Source of the DNA: an uncultured virus (IMG/VR IMGVR_UViG_3300033076_001104)
Taxonomy: Duplodnaviria; Heunggongvirae; Uroviricota; Caudoviricetes
Strand: one strand, 5' to 3'
Virus record (IMG/VR): IMGVR_UViG_3300033076_001104
DNA length: 62,485 nucleotides
Shown: piece after piece, positions 19,393 to 28,926 of the stretch
How the letters are laid out: the number at the start of each line of letters is the position of its first letter
How positions within the stretch are numbered: the stretch's first letter is position 1
Notes under the pieces: model-generated
What the model was told of the DNA's origin: nothing
What the model saw: only the letters and a program-made list of their open reading frames with translations
The model's database searches: none
Translations under genes and position numbers: made by a program

Positions 19393-19879
19393 AGATTTAA
19401 AAGATAGAATTTTTGATATCCCCCAAAATGTTTTAGACCAAATAAATTCATCTTTAACGAATTTGAGTGGTCAACATGTTGATGGAGTACATCGTGCAAA
19501 AAAACTTCTATCGGATAAAAAGGTGAAGTACGGACAATTAAAGAAAATTATTCATGATATAAAAAACATGGATAAACAAACAGAATTGGTAAAATACAAT
19601 TTATGTGGTGGTGAAAGAATGGAAAAATGGGCAAAACCGTTTCTACAAGGAGAAAGAGATTTAATCAGTGACAGAAAAGATTCAAAAAAGAGAGCAGACG
19701 AAATCGGAGGTTTAAACGGAGAAAGAAAAAATTCTCACATTAAAAAACATAAGAAAAATGATAGTTTAAAAATACCAACTAATCTTATAAAAAGTAACTC
19801 TCACAAATCATCAATATCACCAATAACCTCGTTAAAACTATTTGAAGAGGTGGAAAGAATAAAAAAATTAATGTTATAA
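19385..19879 (+). CDS. Hypothetical basic protein
   Basis: 164-aa ORF overlapping the upstream stop; ends LFEEVERIKKLML. Confidence 0.65.
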   Translation: MNKDLKDRIFDIPQNVLDQINSSLTNLSGQHVDGVHRAKKLLSDKKVKYGQLKKIIHDIKNMDKQTELVKYNLCGGERMEKWAKPFLQGERDLISDRKDSKKRADEIGGLNGERKNSHIKKHKKNDSLKIPTNLIKSNSHKSSISPITSLKLFEEVERIKKLML

Positions 19880-19880
19880 T

Positions 19881-20516
19881 ATGGCAACACAATTAGAAAT
19901 ATTGGCCCAACAATTCAGAAACGACCATTTATCTAAAAATTCATATGGTACCAACGATTCATATGGTATTAACCATCGTAACGCCATATCTGATGGCGAT
20001 GAGAAAGGTAAAAATGAAGTGGGTAGTTCTATTGATATTCAAAATAGAACAAACAATCTTACGAAAAATATTTATGATCAAAATAATTCATATAGTTCAA
20101 ACCATCGTAATGCAATTTCTGATGGAGACGAAAAAGGTAAAAATGAAATAGGTAGTTCAATTGATATTCAAAATAGAACAGATTTAACAAATAGAAACCC
20201 ATACAACCCAAATAATTCATATGGCGTTAATCATCCTAATGCATTATCTAACGGTGATGATAAAGGTAAAGGAGAGAATAATGGTAATGTTGGTGGATTA
20301 ACTGACATTAATAACAGAATAGATAATTTAGGTAGAAATACTTATAATAAAACAAACGAATACGGAATTAACCACCCTAACGCGTTATCAGATGGTGATG
20401 AAAGAGGTAAGGGAGAGAATAATAAGAACGTTGGTTCGTCTGTCGATATGTTTGAAAGGATTGAAAGTGTTGCAAGAAATAAATACGGACAAACAAAAAC
20501 ATACCCCGATTTTTAA
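19881..20516 (+). CDS. Asn/Gly-rich repeat protein (four repeats of about 43-47 aa)
   Basis: Repeated N.Y....Y..NH[RP]NA[IL]S[DN]GD[ED][KR]GK...VG...D...R unit. Confidence 0.75.
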   Translation: MATQLEILAQQFRNDHLSKNSYGTNDSYGINHRNAISDGDEKGKNEVGSSIDIQNRTNNLTKNIYDQNNSYSSNHRNAISDGDEKGKNEIGSSIDIQNRTDLTNRNPYNPNNSYGVNHPNALSNGDDKGKGENNGNVGGLTDINNRIDNLGRNTYNKTNEYGINHPNALSDGDERGKGENNKNVGSSVDMFERIESVARNKYGQTKTYPDF

Positions 20517-21391
20517 TGTCAATTAAGATTAGTAAAATATTATTGGAAGATTCATTGTCTGGTCGTAAAACCAAACCATTAGTTGACGCAATAAAAAATA
20601 GAAATCCTATTACTTTTTATTATAGTGGACCAAAATCACCTGAAAAAGATAGTGTTAAATCGGGTGTTAGGGTTAGAGCTGAAATTGTTGCAATGGGGTT
20701 AAGTAAAAAAGGTAATGTAATTGTTAGAGCATATGTTCAACCACCGTCAGTAACAAAAAAAGGATACAATAAAACAAATTGGAGAACTTTCATTGTGAAC
20801 AGAATGAGTAACATTAACATTTTGTCTGATGAGGTTTTTGATAATAAAAGACCTGGTTATAAAGAAGGGGCAGAATCAGATAGAGGACCAATGGTTACAA
20901 CATATGTAACGGCGGATTGGACAAAAACTCCCGATGTTAAACCAAAAGAGGTCCCACCATTATCAACACCAAAACCTGTTGAGAAAAGTGTTAAAGAACC
21001 TTTACCTCAACCTAAAGTTGATGATAAACCATCGGCAACTCCGTTACAACAAAAAGATAATGTAGGAGATGTGTTTAAAACATTAAAACCGAATGAAGTT
21101 AACGGTGAAAAAATAATTACAACACAAGATTATCAACAAGCGGTTAACAATTTATATAAAAAGAAAGAGGAAGAGTGGAAAAATTCACAAAAAGAATTAG
21201 GTAAAAACACTTATCCGGGTGAGGGAACAAGAAAAAGATTCGAAATGGATTCAAATAAAGAATTATCCAACATTTTAAAACAAAATAATATAAATGTTGC
21301 GGATAATATTCCTGAACCTGAAACCACGGAAACAGAACCACTTCAGGAAACAATATCAAGAATTAAATCTTTAATGTTGTTAATTAATTAA
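20516..21391 (+). CDS. WYL-like domain protein with Pro-rich linker
   Basis: AIKNRNPITFYY...R..E....G......VRAY......WRTFIVNRMSNI matches the WYL SH3-like pattern; C-terminal LQETISRIKSLM. Confidence 0.6.
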   Translation: MSIKISKILLEDSLSGRKTKPLVDAIKNRNPITFYYSGPKSPEKDSVKSGVRVRAEIVAMGLSKKGNVIVRAYVQPPSVTKKGYNKTNWRTFIVNRMSNINILSDEVFDNKRPGYKEGAESDRGPMVTTYVTADWTKTPDVKPKEVPPLSTPKPVEKSVKEPLPQPKVDDKPSATPLQQKDNVGDVFKTLKPNEVNGEKIITTQDYQQAVNNLYKKKEEEWKNSQKELGKNTYPGEGTRKRFEMDSNKELSNILKQNNINVADNIPEPETTETEPLQETISRIKSLMLLIN

Positions 21392-21414
21392 TTATATTTC
21401 TAAAAAAAGAAAAC

Positions 21415-21978
21415 ATGTCACAAGGTATATCTGAAAACGATTTAATGAGAAAATTAGTAAACGCTAAAAAAGTTATGAACAAAGTTGATAACGGTGATTA
21501 CCAAACAGGTAATATCAATGAATCTGCGTTTTTAACTGATACTGATGAATTAATGAAATCAGAAGAACCAAGAGTACAACAAAGACAACAAGGTACACCA
21601 TCTGTTCAAAAAATAAAAGAATCTAAATTACCTGACGCAATCAAACAAGCAATGATTGAAAACCCAATCCCCCAAATTTCATTAAATGAAACATTGGATA
21701 TGGATTTCGTAAAAGGTGCCAAAAGATTAATGGAACAGGAAGGAGTTTCAACCAAAAAATCAATCCCACAAAAAAACTCGGGTACGTTTACTAATCCATC
21801 AATTGATATGAACGCAATTGCGGTGTTAATTGAAAATACGGTTAGAAAAGTAATGGACGAGAAATTAAATCAAATTTTATCTGCACAACAAACCGCAACT
21901 ATTAACGAAAATTTAGTGTTAAAAGTTGGTGATTCTATCTTTAAAGGAAAAATCACGGGGGTAAATAAAGCGAAATAA
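21415..21978 (+). CDS. Hypothetical protein
   Basis: 187-aa ORF in operon; SKLPDAIKQAMIENPI and LKVGDSIFKGKI segments look conserved. Confidence 0.65.
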   Translation: MSQGISENDLMRKLVNAKKVMNKVDNGDYQTGNINESAFLTDTDELMKSEEPRVQQRQQGTPSVQKIKESKLPDAIKQAMIENPIPQISLNETLDMDFVKGAKRLMEQEGVSTKKSIPQKNSGTFTNPSIDMNAIAVLIENTVRKVMDEKLNQILSAQQTATINENLVLKVGDSIFKGKITGVNKAK

Positions 21979-22026
21979 CATTTTGTTTTTCCAAAAATTT
22001 TCTTTATTATTTAGACATATAATGAT

Positions 22027-23259
22027 ATGATAATGTCTAAAATTAAAATACTTGCAATACCATCCGACAATCATGGAGTTGGTAAATATCGAATGTTAGA
22101 CCCCTATAAACACATTGGGGAAAACTATGATTCAGAGTTTCATGTTGACATCGTTTTTGATGTACCTAATGACGATAAATTTTTTGAGAATTACAATATC
22201 GTAGTTTTTCATAGTTTTATTCACAAAACAGTTCACGAAGATAACCTTAACAGAATTCAATGGTTAAAAAATAAGGGTATTATTACCGTTGCAGATATTG
22301 ATGATTTTTGGAATGTTGATCAAAAACATCCAATGTATCAACAAATTAAGAAAAATGAAATACCTAAAAAACGGGTAGAACTTCTTAAATCTGCTGATTA
22401 TGTGTCAACAACTACACCAATATTTGCAGATACAATCAAACAAAGATTGGGATTAAAAAATGTGGTGGTATTCCCAAATGCAATAGATGAAACCGAATCA
22501 CAATTTCAACCTAATCCCGAAAAATCGGATAAAATTAGATTTGGATGGTTAGGTGGTTCATCCCATTTACAAGACATTGAACTAATGGAGGGAGGAATTT
22601 CTTCAATACATAATTCACATAAAGACAAAGTTCAATTTGTTCTGTGTGGATTTGATTTAAGAGGTAGTGTAACAGAAATCGATAAAACCACCGGACAGGA
22701 AAGGAGAAGACAAATTTTACCTCATGAAACCGTTTGGTTTAGATATGAGAATATGTTTACCGACAAATATCGAGTGATTGATGAAGATTATCGAAAATAT
22801 TTGTTATCTTTTAATGAAATTCCTTATGACGATGTAGATAAACCATACAGAAGAAGATGGACAAAAGACATTACAAAGTACGCAACAAACTACAATTTAT
22901 TTGATGTATCTTTAGCACCGTTAGTTGATGGTGATTTTAATTCTAATAAATCACAATTAAAAATTATTGAGGCGGGATTTCATAAAAAAGCAGTTATTGC
23001 AAGTGGTGTTAAACCATACACTTTAGATTTAATTTCTGCGGTAGACCAAGGAGTTTTTAATAATAAAGGAAACGCATTGATTGTCCCACCTTCTAAAAAT
23101 CATAAAGAATGGGGTAAACATATGAAACGATTAATCGAAAACCCAAATATGATTGAAGATTTGGGCAATAGATTATATGAAACAGTTAAAGATACATACT
23201 CTCTTAAAAATGTTTCAAAAACAAGAACAGAATTTTTTAAATCAATTATAAACAAATAA
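22027..23259 (+). CDS. Glycosyltransferase (GT-B fold, GT4-like)
   Basis: GVGKYRM..P, DIDDFW, VFPNAID, FGWLGGSSH..D, DVSLAPL...FN..KSQLK..EAG. Confidence 0.85.
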   Translation: MIMSKIKILAIPSDNHGVGKYRMLDPYKHIGENYDSEFHVDIVFDVPNDDKFFENYNIVVFHSFIHKTVHEDNLNRIQWLKNKGIITVADIDDFWNVDQKHPMYQQIKKNEIPKKRVELLKSADYVSTTTPIFADTIKQRLGLKNVVVFPNAIDETESQFQPNPEKSDKIRFGWLGGSSHLQDIELMEGGISSIHNSHKDKVQFVLCGFDLRGSVTEIDKTTGQERRRQILPHETVWFRYENMFTDKYRVIDEDYRKYLLSFNEIPYDDVDKPYRRRWTKDITKYATNYNLFDVSLAPLVDGDFNSNKSQLKIIEAGFHKKAVIASGVKPYTLDLISAVDQGVFNNKGNALIVPPSKNHKEWGKHMKRLIENPNMIEDLGNRLYETVKDTYSLKNVSKTRTEFFKSIINK

Positions 23260-23271
23260 AACGTAAAAATC

Positions 23272-23502
23272 ATGCATTATTTAGTAACTATCGGTTATGA
23301 AACCGAACAAATGGACAGAAACGGTAACCCACGTCTTCAAAAATTAAAATATATTGTTGAGGCCGAAACGGTTGAAGAAGCAACAATTGTGGCATCAAAG
23401 TATAGAGCCGGCGACGTTAGAGGAAGTGAAAGTATTGCGATTGTTAAAATGCCAATCGAATGTGTTATTGACAGTAAAAATACACCCGAATATTACAAGT
23501 AA
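23272..23502 (+). CDS. Hypothetical protein, resembles Bacteroidota DUF4494-type small proteins
   Basis: Y.V.I.YE....NG......KY.VEA.TV.EA pattern. Confidence 0.5.
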   Translation: MHYLVTIGYETEQMDRNGNPRLQKLKYIVEAETVEEATIVASKYRAGDVRGSESIAIVKMPIECVIDSKNTPEYYK

Positions 23503-23522
23503 TATTCATAAACAAAACATAA

Positions 23523-23750
23523 ATGGATTTCTATAGTAAAGATATTCAAATACTAAGACAATCTCAAAGTAAATTGGCCTTAGAATACTTATCACAACAC
23601 AATGTAGTTGTTACCGTTGAAGAATTACAAAGGATAACAGAAATATTTGTAGAGTGTTGTCTAAGGCCAATTGATAAGGATTTGAAAGAAAGAATCAAGA
23701 ATCTGGATAAATGGATTTTAGATAAAAAAACAAAACCAAATGGAGAATAA
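23523..23750 (+). CDS. Hypothetical protein
   Basis: 75-aa ORF in operon with A-rich leader. Confidence 0.6.
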   Translation: MDFYSKDIQILRQSQSKLALEYLSQHNVVVTVEELQRITEIFVECCLRPIDKDLKERIKNLDKWILDKKTKPNGE

Positions 23751-24330
23751 CGATATTAAAAATTACATTGAACAACTCAAAAAACTTGAAAATAGTATTA
23801 TGAGTGACGATGATGACACCGATTTAAATTTTATCGGTGAACTAAATGATATTTTAGGAAAATTGGATGATGACGTTAAAACCGATTTCTTTTCTCAGAA
23901 AGGTATGACGGTTAAAATTAAAAAACTTGACTCAAATGCCGTTATTCCAAAATACTCAAAACCCGGTGATGCTGGTTTAGATTTAACAATTACTAAAATT
24001 ATTGAAAACACAACACATAGTATTACATATGGATTTGGTATTGCATTAGAAATCCCTAGAGGTTTTGTTGGTTTAGTGTTTCCAAGATCTTCTGTTAGAA
24101 ATCAAGAATTACTACTCTCAAATTGTGTAGGTGTTATTGATAGTGGGTACAGAGGAGAACTTCAAGCCACATTTAAAAAAACTAATGGTTCAGATAGTAC
24201 ATCATATAGTGTGGGAGATAGAGGTGCACAAATAATGATTTTGGCATATCCCGAAATAAATTTTGTTGAATCAAACGAATTATCTGATTCAAGTAGAGGA
24301 GAAGGTGGATTTGGTTCCACAGGTAAGTAG
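23740..24330 (+). CDS. dut: Trimeric dUTPase with acidic N-terminal extension
   Basis: GDAGLDL, PRSS, GVIDSGYRGE, GAQ, RGEGGFGSTG (motifs I-V). Confidence 0.95.
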   Translation: MENNDIKNYIEQLKKLENSIMSDDDDTDLNFIGELNDILGKLDDDVKTDFFSQKGMTVKIKKLDSNAVIPKYSKPGDAGLDLTITKIIENTTHSITYGFGIALEIPRGFVGLVFPRSSVRNQELLLSNCVGVIDSGYRGELQATFKKTNGSDSTSYSVGDRGAQIMILAYPEINFVESNELSDSSRGEGGFGSTGK

Positions 24331-24370
24331 AAATATTTACTAAAATAACAACTTATTAAATTTTATTACC

Positions 24371-25108
24371 TTGAGAGGAAAAAGTTCAAAATCAAGTAAA
24401 CCACCGGTTGAAAATCTAACTACGGTGGTGGAAGGAATTACCCCGAATAAAAAAAGAATTAGGGAATTAATTAGAAAACCAAAAGAAAAATTCTTAACCA
24501 AATCTCAAAAAGAATATTGGGACATTTTAGGTGAATCTGAAATTACATTATGTTTTGGTCCTGCGGGTGTTGGTAAATCATATATCGCAATGAAAAGAGC
24601 AATTGATTTACTTCACGATGACTCTAACAAATATGAAAAAATTATTATTGTTAGACCTGCGGTTGAAGCGGAAGAAAAATTAGGTTCTTTGCCTGGTGGT
24701 TTAGAAGAAAAATTAGACCCATACATTTATCCTTCATATTACCTATTAAATAAGATTATAGGTAAAGAAGCGAGAGAAAGATTAAAAGATGAAGGTTTCA
24801 TTGAAATTGCTGCTCTTGCGTACATGAGAGGATGGAATGTTGATAACACTATTTTGGTTTTTGAAGAGGCACAAAACGCAACTCCAGCACAAATAAAACT
24901 ATTATTAACTCGTATTGGATTTAACTCTAAATTTTTCTTATCGGGTGATTTAGAACAATCAGATAAATTTAAAGACAAAACTAAGAGTGGTCTTTATGAT
25001 GCAAAACAAAGATTACACGACGTAAAAGGTGTAGGTATTTTTGAATTTGGTAGTAATGATATTGTAAGAAACCCTATCATTTCACAAATTTTAAGAAAGT
25101 ATGATTAA
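24371..25108 (+). CDS. phoH: PhoH-family ATPase
   Basis: GPAGVGKS, RPAVEA.EKLG.LPG, LAYMRG, EEAQN, LTRIG, GDLEQSD, DIVRNP. Confidence 0.93.
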   Translation: MRGKSSKSSKPPVENLTTVVEGITPNKKRIRELIRKPKEKFLTKSQKEYWDILGESEITLCFGPAGVGKSYIAMKRAIDLLHDDSNKYEKIIIVRPAVEAEEKLGSLPGGLEEKLDPYIYPSYYLLNKIIGKEARERLKDEGFIEIAALAYMRGWNVDNTILVFEEAQNATPAQIKLLLTRIGFNSKFFLSGDLEQSDKFKDKTKSGLYDAKQRLHDVKGVGIFEFGSNDIVRNPIISQILRKYD

Positions 25109-25145
25109 TCTTTACTTATAAGGATTAACATATTATATTATATAC

Positions 25146-25796
25146 ATGGAAATATATATCAGTATCGATGGTGTTCTTAGGAACACCATTCAAAAATTAG
25201 ATTATCATTATAGAGATTTGTATTTAGATTCTGAACACGAATCTGAAAATAATTTCGAATACAAAGTTGTTGAACCAATTCATAACGACAATCTAGCATC
25301 ATCATATATTTTTCAATCAATTGATGAGTTAGAGTATTTTCTTTATATCGAATATCCAATTGAAATTTTTGGACATGCTGGTTTAAGTTATTCAACAACT
25401 TTCACTGATTTAAATAAATTAATCTATAATAATCAAGAACATAATATCACATTAGTTGGATTGAATGAATTGGGTAAATCTAAACCCGCAACTTTATTCT
25501 TTTTATCTAAAAACGGATTCTTAGGTAATAATATTAAATTCATCAAATCTAAAGATATTAATGATGAATGGAATAAGTGTGATGTGTGGATTACAGATTC
25601 TAACGAAATAATTAGTTCTTGTCCCGAAGATAAAGACGTTATTAAATTCAATACATCTTATAATCAACACTTTACACATAAAAAAGAAATAACTAAATTA
25701 ACAGAAATTAACGAACCATGGTTGAAATTTTTGGAAAGTACTACTACATCGACCTCGAAGCAGTTACCGGAAGATGTAGAACAGGAACAACAATAA
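25146..25796 (+). CDS. HAD-fold 5'(3')-deoxyribonucleotidase-like protein, catalytic motif degenerate
   Basis: IYISIDGVLRN (DxDGVL with D->S), CDVWITDS, F..SYN. Confidence 0.55.
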   Translation: MEIYISIDGVLRNTIQKLDYHYRDLYLDSEHESENNFEYKVVEPIHNDNLASSYIFQSIDELEYFLYIEYPIEIFGHAGLSYSTTFTDLNKLIYNNQEHNITLVGLNELGKSKPATLFFLSKNGFLGNNIKFIKSKDINDEWNKCDVWITDSNEIISSCPEDKDVIKFNTSYNQHFTHKKEITKLTEINEPWLKFLESTTTSTSKQLPEDVEQEQQ

Positions 25797-25999
25797 AAAA
25801 TGACGACGGATCTGAATCTCCCGAAATCAATATTTTCATGTACGAAATTCTTAAAATGTGTATTGAAAGAATTTTAAATGAATTTGATGAAAGTGATGAA
25901 GGAATGGGTGTATTTGGTCAAAAAAATACCACAGCATCATTTAAATTCGCGTTTAACACATTAATAAAATATAACATTTTAATCGAAGAAGATGAGTAA
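25718..25999 (+). CDS. Hypothetical protein
   Basis: 93-aa ORF overlapping both neighbours. Confidence 0.6.
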   Translation: MVEIFGKYYYIDLEAVTGRCRTGTTIKNDDGSESPEINIFMYEILKMCIERILNEFDESDEGMGVFGQKNTTASFKFAFNTLIKYNILIEEDE

Positions 26000-27059
26000 A
26001 AACAATGAGACAGTTGAAAAGTTAGAACAAGCGTTGGGTAGATTAGAAAATCTACAACACACTGTATACTTTTTAACTTACGACACAAAAAATAACCCAA
26101 GGGCATCTGTTAAATACATTTATGATTTAGCATTAACCTTGAAAGAAAACGGAACCAATACTAAGATATTAGTTGAAGATAAAACTTATGGTGGTGTTTC
26201 TCATTGGTTAGGAGACAAATATAATGATATTGAAGTAGTATCAATCAAAGAAGATAAAGTTGAGATTAAAATTGACGATGTTTTAGTTGTACCTGAATAT
26301 TATTCAAACGTCTTACAACAAGTTTCAAATATTAAATGTACTAAAGTAATGTTAGTACAACAAAAAGATTACATTTTTGAAACATTATCAGTGGGTAGTA
26401 GATGGAGAGATTACGGATTTGATAAAGTAATAACCACAACCGAAGCCTCCAAAAAATACATCTTATCAATATTTCCTGAAGCATTAGTTCATATAATTCC
26501 ACCAATTATTGAGGACAATTTTAAACCAACAGAAAAGGCACAAAAACCTTTTATTGCTATTAGTAGTAGAGATAGAGTTGTACACAGAAGAATCATTTCT
26601 GAATTTTATTTGAAATTCCCTCAATTACGTTGGGTGACATTTAAAGACATGGTTCAAATGTCATACGATGAATTCTCTGAAGCATTAAAAGAATGTTTTG
26701 TTTCGGTGTGGATTGATAACGAATCTACCTTTGGTACGTTCCCATTAGAATCCATGAAATGTGGTGTACCTGTTATTGGTAAGATACCCGATACTGAACC
26801 CGATTGGTTGGACGAAAACGGAATGTGGACATATGACATAAATAAAATTGCGGACTTATTAGGTACGTATGCATTGGCTTGGTTAGAAGGTGTGGAATTA
26901 GAAGATGAAGTTAAACAAAAAATGTTTGACACGTTACTACCATATACCAAATCTGTAACTGAAAATAACATACTATCAATCTTTAATTCATTTAGAAATA
27001 AAAGAATTGAAACAATAAAAAACGCATTAGAAAAACTTAAAGTAGAAGAATTATCATGA
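25992..27059 (+). CDS. Glycosyltransferase (GT-B fold, GT4-like)
   Basis: DVLVVPE; C-terminal ESTFGTFPLESMKCGVPVIG (E-x7-E type motif). Confidence 0.75.
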   Translation: MSKNNETVEKLEQALGRLENLQHTVYFLTYDTKNNPRASVKYIYDLALTLKENGTNTKILVEDKTYGGVSHWLGDKYNDIEVVSIKEDKVEIKIDDVLVVPEYYSNVLQQVSNIKCTKVMLVQQKDYIFETLSVGSRWRDYGFDKVITTTEASKKYILSIFPEALVHIIPPIIEDNFKPTEKAQKPFIAISSRDRVVHRRIISEFYLKFPQLRWVTFKDMVQMSYDEFSEALKECFVSVWIDNESTFGTFPLESMKCGVPVIGKIPDTEPDWLDENGMWTYDINKIADLLGTYALAWLEGVELEDEVKQKMFDTLLPYTKSVTENNILSIFNSFRNKRIETIKNALEKLKVEELS

Positions 27060-27835
27060 AAAATATAACAGTAATTTTACCATTACACATAATGAACGAT
27101 GACTATCGTGTTATGTTACAAAACGCAGTCGCATCAATCGAAGATTTTCATAATGACGTTAAATTGATGGTTGTTTGTCCACCTAATGTTAAAAACGAGG
27201 TGTCAAATCTTTCACAAAAATTAGAAACAGAATACGTTATAAACACCGGCGGTGTTGATTTCTGTACACAAGTTAATCTCGGTATTGATAATTGTGATAC
27301 CGAATGGTTTTCTATATTAGAAGTTGACGATGAGTATAAAAAATCTTGGTTAACTTTAATGAATTCATATATCAATGAAAATCCAGACGTTGATGTGTTC
27401 TTACCGATTGTAAAAGACGTAAACGTTGAGGGTACTTTTGTTGGTTTTACCAATGAATCGGCTTGGGCATATGGATTCACAGAAAAACAAGGATTCATCG
27501 ATAATGAGGTTTTACTTGATTATCAAAACTATCAAATAAGTGGTGGTTTATACAAGACAAACGTAGTTAAAGAAAATGGTTCATTTAAAGACAATTTAAA
27601 ATTAACCTTTGGTTATGAATTGTTATTGAGATTGACTCACAACGGTGTTAAAATCATGACAGCACCAAGAATCGGTTATCAACATGTTAACTTTAGAGAA
27701 GATTCATTGTTTTGGGGTTATAAGAACAACGAATCAACAAAACTATCGGAAGAAGAAGTTAAATTTTGGCTAGACAGTGCAAAAAAAGAATTTTTCTTTA
27801 AAAATAAACGAGAGATAAAATATGAAGCACAGTAA
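27056..27835 (+). CDS. Glycosyltransferase (GT-A fold, GT2-like)
   Basis: ITVILP, N.GI....TEWFSILEVDD (DxD-equivalent), GGLY, F...L. Confidence 0.8.
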   Translation: MKNITVILPLHIMNDDYRVMLQNAVASIEDFHNDVKLMVVCPPNVKNEVSNLSQKLETEYVINTGGVDFCTQVNLGIDNCDTEWFSILEVDDEYKKSWLTLMNSYINENPDVDVFLPIVKDVNVEGTFVGFTNESAWAYGFTEKQGFIDNEVLLDYQNYQISGGLYKTNVVKENGSFKDNLKLTFGYELLLRLTHNGVKIMTAPRIGYQHVNFREDSLFWGYKNNESTKLSEEEVKFWLDSAKKEFFFKNKREIKYEAQ

Positions 27836-28534
27836 ATGCCAAGAAAAAGAACCCAAAAAATATACTTTGGGGAGGAACAAGAACAAGCGGTAGTTCGATA
27901 TTTAGAATCAGATTCCGAAATAGACAAGAATAAGATATTCAATGAATATTTAAGAGAACCTCTCATTATAATGGTTGAATCCATTATTCGACGTTATAAA
28001 TTATACAGAAAAGATTTAGAGTTTCAAGAGATACATGACGACACGATGTCATTCTTGATGACGAAAATCAGTAAATTTGACCACACTAAAAATCATAAGG
28101 CATATTCTTACTTCGGTACGATTTGTAAGAACTACCTTATGGGTGCAATTCAAAAAGACACCAAAGAACAAAATCGACAAGTTTCATATGATGACATTTC
28201 ATCATCAATTGAAGACAATGTTGAGTTATCTTACACAATAGATGATTATGTTGTTGATTATAGAGATGTGATCAACAAATTAACTATAGATTTGGAGGAG
28301 TTTATTGAGAATGAAAATTTGACGGAAAACGAACAAAAATTGGGGTACGCGTTACTTGAAATTTTTGGTAGTTTCGACAAAATCTTCCAAGTTGGGGATG
28401 GTAACAAATTCAATAAAAATTTAATATTATTGTCATTAAGAGAGATGACATCGTTAAGTACCAAAGAAATTAGAATATCAATTAAGAAATATAAGAAATT
28501 ATATGATGGTATTATTGGTGGATTTTTAGAATAA
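27836..28534 (+). CDS. Late-transcription sigma factor (T4 gp55-like)
   Basis: YF..., K..KFD..K..KAYSYFGTICKNYL corresponds to the gp55 region-2 motif (AFAYFTQI-like). Confidence 0.75.
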   Translation: MPRKRTQKIYFGEEQEQAVVRYLESDSEIDKNKIFNEYLREPLIIMVESIIRRYKLYRKDLEFQEIHDDTMSFLMTKISKFDHTKNHKAYSYFGTICKNYLMGAIQKDTKEQNRQVSYDDISSSIEDNVELSYTIDDYVVDYRDVINKLTIDLEEFIENENLTENEQKLGYALLEIFGSFDKIFQVGDGNKFNKNLILLSLREMTSLSTKEIRISIKKYKKLYDGIIGGFLE

Positions 28535-28548
28535 TTCTATTTATTGTT

Positions 28549-28926
28549 ATGGGAAGAGAAAGAAAAAACATGATTTCATTAGATGTGGACTCCGCATTAG
28601 CATTAATGCAGGAAATCTATAATGACGTTGTGGAAAACAGAAACACCGCTTCACAGATAATGCGTAAAATGATGAGTTTCATGAAAGACGCTGAAGATAT
28701 GAGTGTAATTGGTCCTGTCATTAAAGAACAACAAAAAATCCTTAATGATTGTACAGAAAAGAAAATATCGTTAGTTAAATTACAAAGTGTCTTGTTAAAA
28801 CAAACATCCGCTGGAGGTGGTAAAATGCCATTAGGTAAATTAGAATTATCTGATGACGATAGAGCACTTTTAGATAAGATGTTAAATGATAGTTCATCGG
28901 AAGAAGATGATAAATATAAATTATAA
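28549..28926 (+). CDS. Hypothetical helical protein (late motif upstream)
   Basis: 125-aa coiled-coil-like ORF; TATTTAT at 28538-28544. Confidence 0.6.
   Translation: MGRERKNMISLDVDSALALMQEIYNDVVENRNTASQIMRKMMSFMKDAEDMSVIGPVIKEQQKILNDCTEKKISLVKLQSVLLKQTSAGGGKMPLGKLELSDDDRALLDKMLNDSSSEEDDKYKL

Noticed and set aside
15557..20501. Repeats considered as possible CRISPR arrays
   Set aside because: Both repeat regions are in-frame coding repeats without constant repeats separated by unique spacers; no cas genes.
28549..28926. Possible small terminase subunit
   Set aside because: Size and helicity fit, but there is no recognisable motif and it is far from terL; left as hypothetical.
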